Source: Malacoraja senta
Taxonomy: Eukaryota
Assembly: GCA_038087875.1 (NCBI GenBank)
Contig: CM075995.1
Coordinates: 2,544,001-2,608,000 of the forward strand
Length of the DNA stretch: 64,000 nt
Direction: 5' to 3'
Within the stretch, counting starts at the first letter, position 1; each line of letters opens with the position of its first letter. The translations under genes were made by a program, and so were the position numbers. The notes below the pieces were generated by a model that did no database searches, was not told the origin of the DNA, and saw nothing but the letters and a program-made list of their open reading frames with translations. Shown one piece after another: positions 62,350 to 64,000 of this stretch.

Positions 62350-63361
62350 TATCACGAAAAATATCCAAAGAAGATATAATTAAGGGTTATTAAATTATAC
62401 ATAATCCTGAACAATACAAAATATGCAGTAGAAAGGCAGAACATTAAATTAGAGTTAGCTATTAAAATATCAAAGGAAAGTTGGAATGAACACTTATTAA
62501 ACGTGCATAAATGTTCGATTAATGTAAGACACACTTTAATACAATTTAAAATTTTACATAGATTATATTATTCGAAAACTAAAATTCATAAAATTTTCCC
62601 AAATGTATCATCTATTTGTGATAAATGTCAATCCCAAGAAGCTACTATAGCGCACTCATTCGTTTTCTGTACAAAAATTCAAAAATTTTGGAATTAAATT
62701 TTCGAAATCTTTACAAAATTATTTAAAATAAGACTGATACCCAAAGTAGAATGGATTATCTTCGGAATAACGGAAGATGGTCCAGAAGTAAATGTGTTTC
62801 AAAAGAAACTAATAGACTATGGGTTGATAACTGGAAAAAAGCTAATTCTAAAATTTTGGAAGAAGGCTCCAATACCAACTATAAACATGTGGATTTCAAA
62901 TATGTTCGAAACATTACACCTAGAAGAGATAAGACTCCTCCTAGCAGGTAAACCAGATCACTTCCACCTGATGTGGTCTGCATTTATAGAATTATTACAA
63001 ATATAGGGTGCAAAGGTACCTTAAAAAAAAAAAATTGAGGTCAGGTAAGCGGGGATGATAGTTGAAGAGTTGGTATGTCCCATTTGCGTAATGCTCATAA
63101 AAATATTTGTTTCTCTCTTTTTCCTCTTTCTCTTTCTCTTTCTCTTTCTTTTCTAGGGCCTATTTCTTAACTCTTTTTCTTTTGTTTTTAATTTTGCTCT
63201 TATAGGGTCTTCGTCCTTTTTTGTTGTCACATTTTCTACACTCTCACTTTTTCCTTCACTTTCTTCTTTCTTTCAATCTTTTCCTTTTCTAGTGAATTAA
63301 AAAAAAATAATAATAATAAATAAAAAATAAAAAGATTTTAAAAAAATTAAAAAATAAATAA
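62350..63361 (+). mobile_element. L1-clade LINE 3' fragment
   Basis: IQFKILHRLYYS...CDKCQSQEATIAHSFVFCTKIQKFW...GKKLILKFWKK; pyrimidine-rich UTR; A-rich tail at 63299-63361. Confidence 0.85.
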
Positions 63362-64000
63362 ATTAGAAGGGATAGAATGGAATATGATAACACTTTAAAT
63401 ACATAATTGAAAGGAAATATTAACTAAAAAACAAAGGCAGAGGAGTGGGTGGCAAGGTGGCACTGCAGTACAGCCTTACAGCGCCAGATACCGTTCGATC
63501 CTGACTACAGGTGCTTGTCTGCACGGAGATTGTATGTTCTCCCCGTGACCTGCGTGGGTTTTGTCCTGAAGCTCCGGTTTCCTCCCACACTACAAAGACG
63601 GACAGGTTTGTAGGTTAATTGGCTTTGGTATGAATGTAAAATTGTCCCTGGTGTGTGTGTGTGTAGGGTAGTGTTAATGTGCGGGGATCGCTGGTCGGTG
63701 CGGACTCGGTCCTGTTTCCGTGCTGTATCTCTAAACTAAAAAAACTAAACTGCACTAAAATAGTTATTAGGTGTGAATGATTAATTATGTATGATGATGA
63801 GGGTCAAATCTGCAAGATTAAAAGAGTAAAAGTAACAAACAAAATGAACAGAAAATTGATATGAATTTGCTGAAACTTAAAATAACATGGTGTTACATAA
63901 AGATTCATTGTAACTTCTTCAAATGTTCTGTCGAGGAAAAATACAGAGCTGTAAAAAGACAGCAGGGTTAGTTTTGATAGTCAGCAAAGAAGTGATGGTT

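Overview
Vertebrate nuclear DNA, almost certainly from a cartilaginous fish (probably a skate or ray; inferred from the HE1/V-SINE-like, CR1 and Penelope repeat content, not from a database search). The only host-gene sequence I can support is a single 181-bp minus-strand coding exon of CDKAL1 (25165-25345). The rest is very long intron filled with nested transposons: several CR1 families (one 5'-truncated copy with an intact ORF2), Rex1/Babar, L1, Tx1 and old L2 fragments, about 19 V-SINE copies, Penelope-like elements (PLEs), PIF/Harbinger and hAT MITEs, non-autonomous Helitrons, and a near-intact Passport-like Tc1 transposon. There is a 200-N assembly gap. The most interesting signals are: (1) more than 20 minimal hammerhead-ribozyme motifs carried by PLE termini, many in short foldback units with 11-14 bp target-site duplications (TSDs); (2) an invertebrate-type CR1-group LINE whose ORF begins with a degenerate 2A/StopGo motif and a PHD finger; (3) a CpG-rich non-tRNA retroelement family with Rex1 tails; (4) a tandem Helitron array containing a 41-bp minisatellite; (5) two Harbinger MITEs inserted at the same TTA of the SINE. 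All calls were made by eye; boundaries of degraded repeats are approximate.
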